Shown piece by piece: positions 21,021 through 23,573 of a stretch of 23,573 bases of DNA; position 1 is the first letter of the stretch, and the number at the start of each line of letters is the position of its first letter. The notes under the pieces are model-generated. The model worked only from the letters and a program-made list of their open reading frames with translations. It was not told the origin of the DNA and searched no databases. The DNA comes from Macrostomum lignano (taxonomy: Eukaryota), in NCBI GenBank assembly GCA_002269645.1, contig NIVC01005177.1:1-23573 (forward strand). Direction: 5' to 3'. The translations under genes and the position numbers were made by a program.

Positions 21021-21512
21021 CTGGGTCATAGGAGATAGGGTCATAGACAGATTGGGTCATAAACAGATTGGGTCATAGGCAGATTGAGCATAAGCAGCTT
21101 GGGTCATGGACAGATTGGGTCATAGACAGACTGGGTCACAGGCAGATTGAGTCATAGGCAGATTGAGTCATAGACAGATTGGGTCATAGACAGACTGGGT
21201 CATAGGCAGACTGGGTCATAGGCAAATTGAGTCATAGACAGATTGGGTCATAGACAGACTGGGTCATATACAGACTGGGTCATAGGCAGATTGAGTCATA
21301 GACAGATTGGGTCATAGACAGACTGGGTCATAGGCAGACTGGGTCATAGGCAGATTGAGTCATAGACAGATTGGGTCATAGACAGACTGGGCCATAGCAG
21401 ACTGAGTCATAGGCAGATTGAGTCATAGACAGATTGGGTCATAGACAGACTGGGTCATAGACAGACTGGGTCATAGGCAGACTGGGTCATAGGCAGATTG
21501 AGTCATAGACAG
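21021..21512. repeat. 16-bp minisatellite TG[G/A]GTCATAG[A/G]CAGA[C/T], about 30 copies
   Basis: Direct tandem repeat ending 6 nt from the ROGDI stop codon. Confidence 0.93.
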
Positions 21513-21518
21513 TTCAAA

Positions 21519-23275
21519 CTAGGCCGCGCCGCTGAGCTGCAGCTGTCGCAGCTTCTCGATCAGCTGAGCCACGGTCAGCATGGCCCTGCTCAGGTGCAGC
21601 ATCAAGTCGTTCAGCCAGGGCACCACGGCCTGTCCGTGGTAGCGCGCTGATGTCGTAGGATTTTGTCCGGGTGTTGTAGTGCAGGAAGTACACAGCCAGC
21701 ACCAGGCGGCGACCGCTGACGTACATCGACAGCTCATGTCGTTGGGCACCGGGGATGGAACACCTCCTGTTTGATGCGTTCATCATCAGCACTAATTAAG
21801 ATCAAGAATATGCAAAATGCTCTCATAATGAATTCTGGAGCAGGCAATGAGATAATAGAGAACGCTAGAGAACACGCAACAGAATATCAATTATAACACC
21901 GATTATAAAACTCATTAGAACACTAATTAGAACACCGAATACAACATCAATTAAAACACTTGTTAGATCAGAACACCAATTAGAACATTAATCAGAACAA
22001 TAATCAGAACACAATTAGAACACCAATTAGAACACTATTCAGAATACCAATTAGAACACTAATTAGAACACTATTCAGAATACCAATTAGAACATTGATC
22101 AGAATACCAATTAGAACACTAATCAGAACACCAATCAGAACACTTATTAGAACACTAATCAGAACACCAATTAGAACACTTATTAGAACACTAATCAGAA
22201 CACCAATTAGAGCATTAATCAGAACACTAATCAGAACACTAATCAGAACACCAATTAGAACACCAATTAGAACACTATTCAGAATACCAATTAGAACATT
22301 AATCAGAACAATAATCAGAACACCAATTAGAACACCAATTAGAACACTATTCAGAATACCAATTAGAACATTGATCAGAATACCAATTAGAACACTAATC
22401 AGAACACCAATTAGAACACTTATTAGAACACTAATCAGAACACCAATTAGAACACTTATTAGAACCCTAATCAGAACACCAATTAGAGCATTAATCAGAA
22501 CACTAATCAGAACACTAATCAGAACACCAATTAGAACACTTATTAGAACACTAATCAGAACACCAATTAGAACACTAATCAGAACACCAATTAGAACACC
22601 AATTAGAACACCATTCAGAATACCAATTAGAACATTGATCAGAATACCAATCAGAACACTAATCAGAACACTAATCAGAACATTAATCAGAACATCAATT
22701 AGAACACTGATCAGAACACCAATTAGAACACAGATCAGAACACTAATCAGAACACTAATCAGAACACCAATTAGAACACCAATTAGAACACTATTCAGAA
22801 TACCAATTAGAACATTGATCAATACCAATTAGACACACAATTAGAACATTAATCAGAACACAAATTAGAACACTGATCAGAACACAAAATTAGAACACTA
22901 ATCAGAACATAATTAGAAACATTAATCAGAACACAATTAGAACACTACTAATTAGAACACCAATTAGAACACCAATCAGAACATCAAATTAGAACACTAA
23001 TTAGAACACTGATTAGAACACCAATCATAACACCAATTCAAAAATTTACAAGAACAGCCACAAGAAAGGCGGGCTTCCCCACCTTGTGCCGGCTGTGCGC
23101 GAGCTCCTCAACGGATTTCTTCTGCGGCAGCACCACGTGCGTCCGCGCGGACTTCAGGCAGGCAAAAATTCGGTCCAGGGTCTCGAGGGTCCGCGCCGGC
23201 TCGGACTGGCAGCCGACTCGCAGGCCTGCTGGATGCAGAGCTTGGCGGCCTGGAGGGTGCTGCGCAGCCGATGAG
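21519..23275 (-). CDS. ROGDI: Rogdi/Rav2-family protein (RAVE/Rabconnectin-3 complex subunit), 3' part: exons 23275-23083 and 21766-21519, containing about 4 frameshifting indels
   Basis: Reconstructed ...LQAAKLCIQQA...TLETLDRIFACLKSARTHVVLPQKKSVEELAHSRHK|EVFHP-VPNDM-LSMYVSGRRLVLAVYFLH...VVPWLNDLMLHLSRAMLTVAQLIEKL*. This follows my recalled human ROGDI C-terminus (LTRARNRLTTP...MFAPALPSD..VNVYINLNKLCLTVYQLH...[26 protein letters not shown]). Phase-0 intron AAG|GTGGGG...AAACAG|GAG. Alignment is by eye. Confidence 0.8.
21890..23039. repeat. 12-bp minisatellite (T[T/C]AGAACAC[C/T]AA), about 90 copies, filling the 1316-nt ROGDI intron (23082-21767)
   Basis: Direct tandem repeat. The VLIS and IRTL ORFs are its 4-aa read-throughs. 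Confidence 0.95.
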
Positions 23276-23573
23276 CTGCGGATTTGGCAGATTTGTGGGC
23301 CGCTCAGGTGAGCTTCTCAGCGCGAATCCTCTAGATGAGTTCCGATGTCTCTACCGGTAGATGTGCCCAGATGTCTAGAGGGGAATTACAATCTCATGAA
23401 AAATCGCAAGGGCGTCTAAAAAGTTTTCACTGTCTTTAGAGAGGCCGGGCTTAGAGGTCAAAAGAAGATCTCCAGAGGTCTCAAGATTGTCTTGCGACGT
23501 TTCAGAGTCTATTAGAGGGGTCTCAGTCTCGTGTTCTCTGTCCAGATGTCCAAGTGTCTATAGATGGGTATCA

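Noticed and set aside
22004-22832. VLIS-rich and IRTL-rich ORFs
   Set aside because: Translations of the 12-bp minisatellite inside the ROGDI intron.
23084-23311. Plus-strand ORFs 23084..23311 and 23086..23274
   Set aside because: Antisense to the ROGDI exon.

Overview
Eukaryotic (animal-like), minisatellite-rich genomic window with three spliced genes, all on the minus strand. The supplied ORF track misses their true structure. (1) 23275-21519: the last two visible exons of a ROGDI/Rav2-family gene, with several single-base indels that look like consensus errors. (2) 18504-~2661: an apparently unrecognised giant secreted protein of roughly 4,900 aa if continuous. It has a signal-peptide exon, about 55 near-identical 249-bp/83-aa repeats made almost only of Arg/Lys/Ile/Val (48 of 83 residues basic, none acidic), a basic unique tail, two phase-1 micro-exons and a final exon with a Thr/Ser-rich TETST[G/D]PVV repeat. 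(3) 882-759: the signal-peptide first exon of another gene that runs off the left edge. At least seven non-coding tandem repeats fill introns and intergenic space. The style (dense minisatellites, short introns) resembles flatworm assemblies such as Macrostomum, but this is only an inference. The gene models were built by hand from splice signals and reading frames; no database search or RNA evidence was available.
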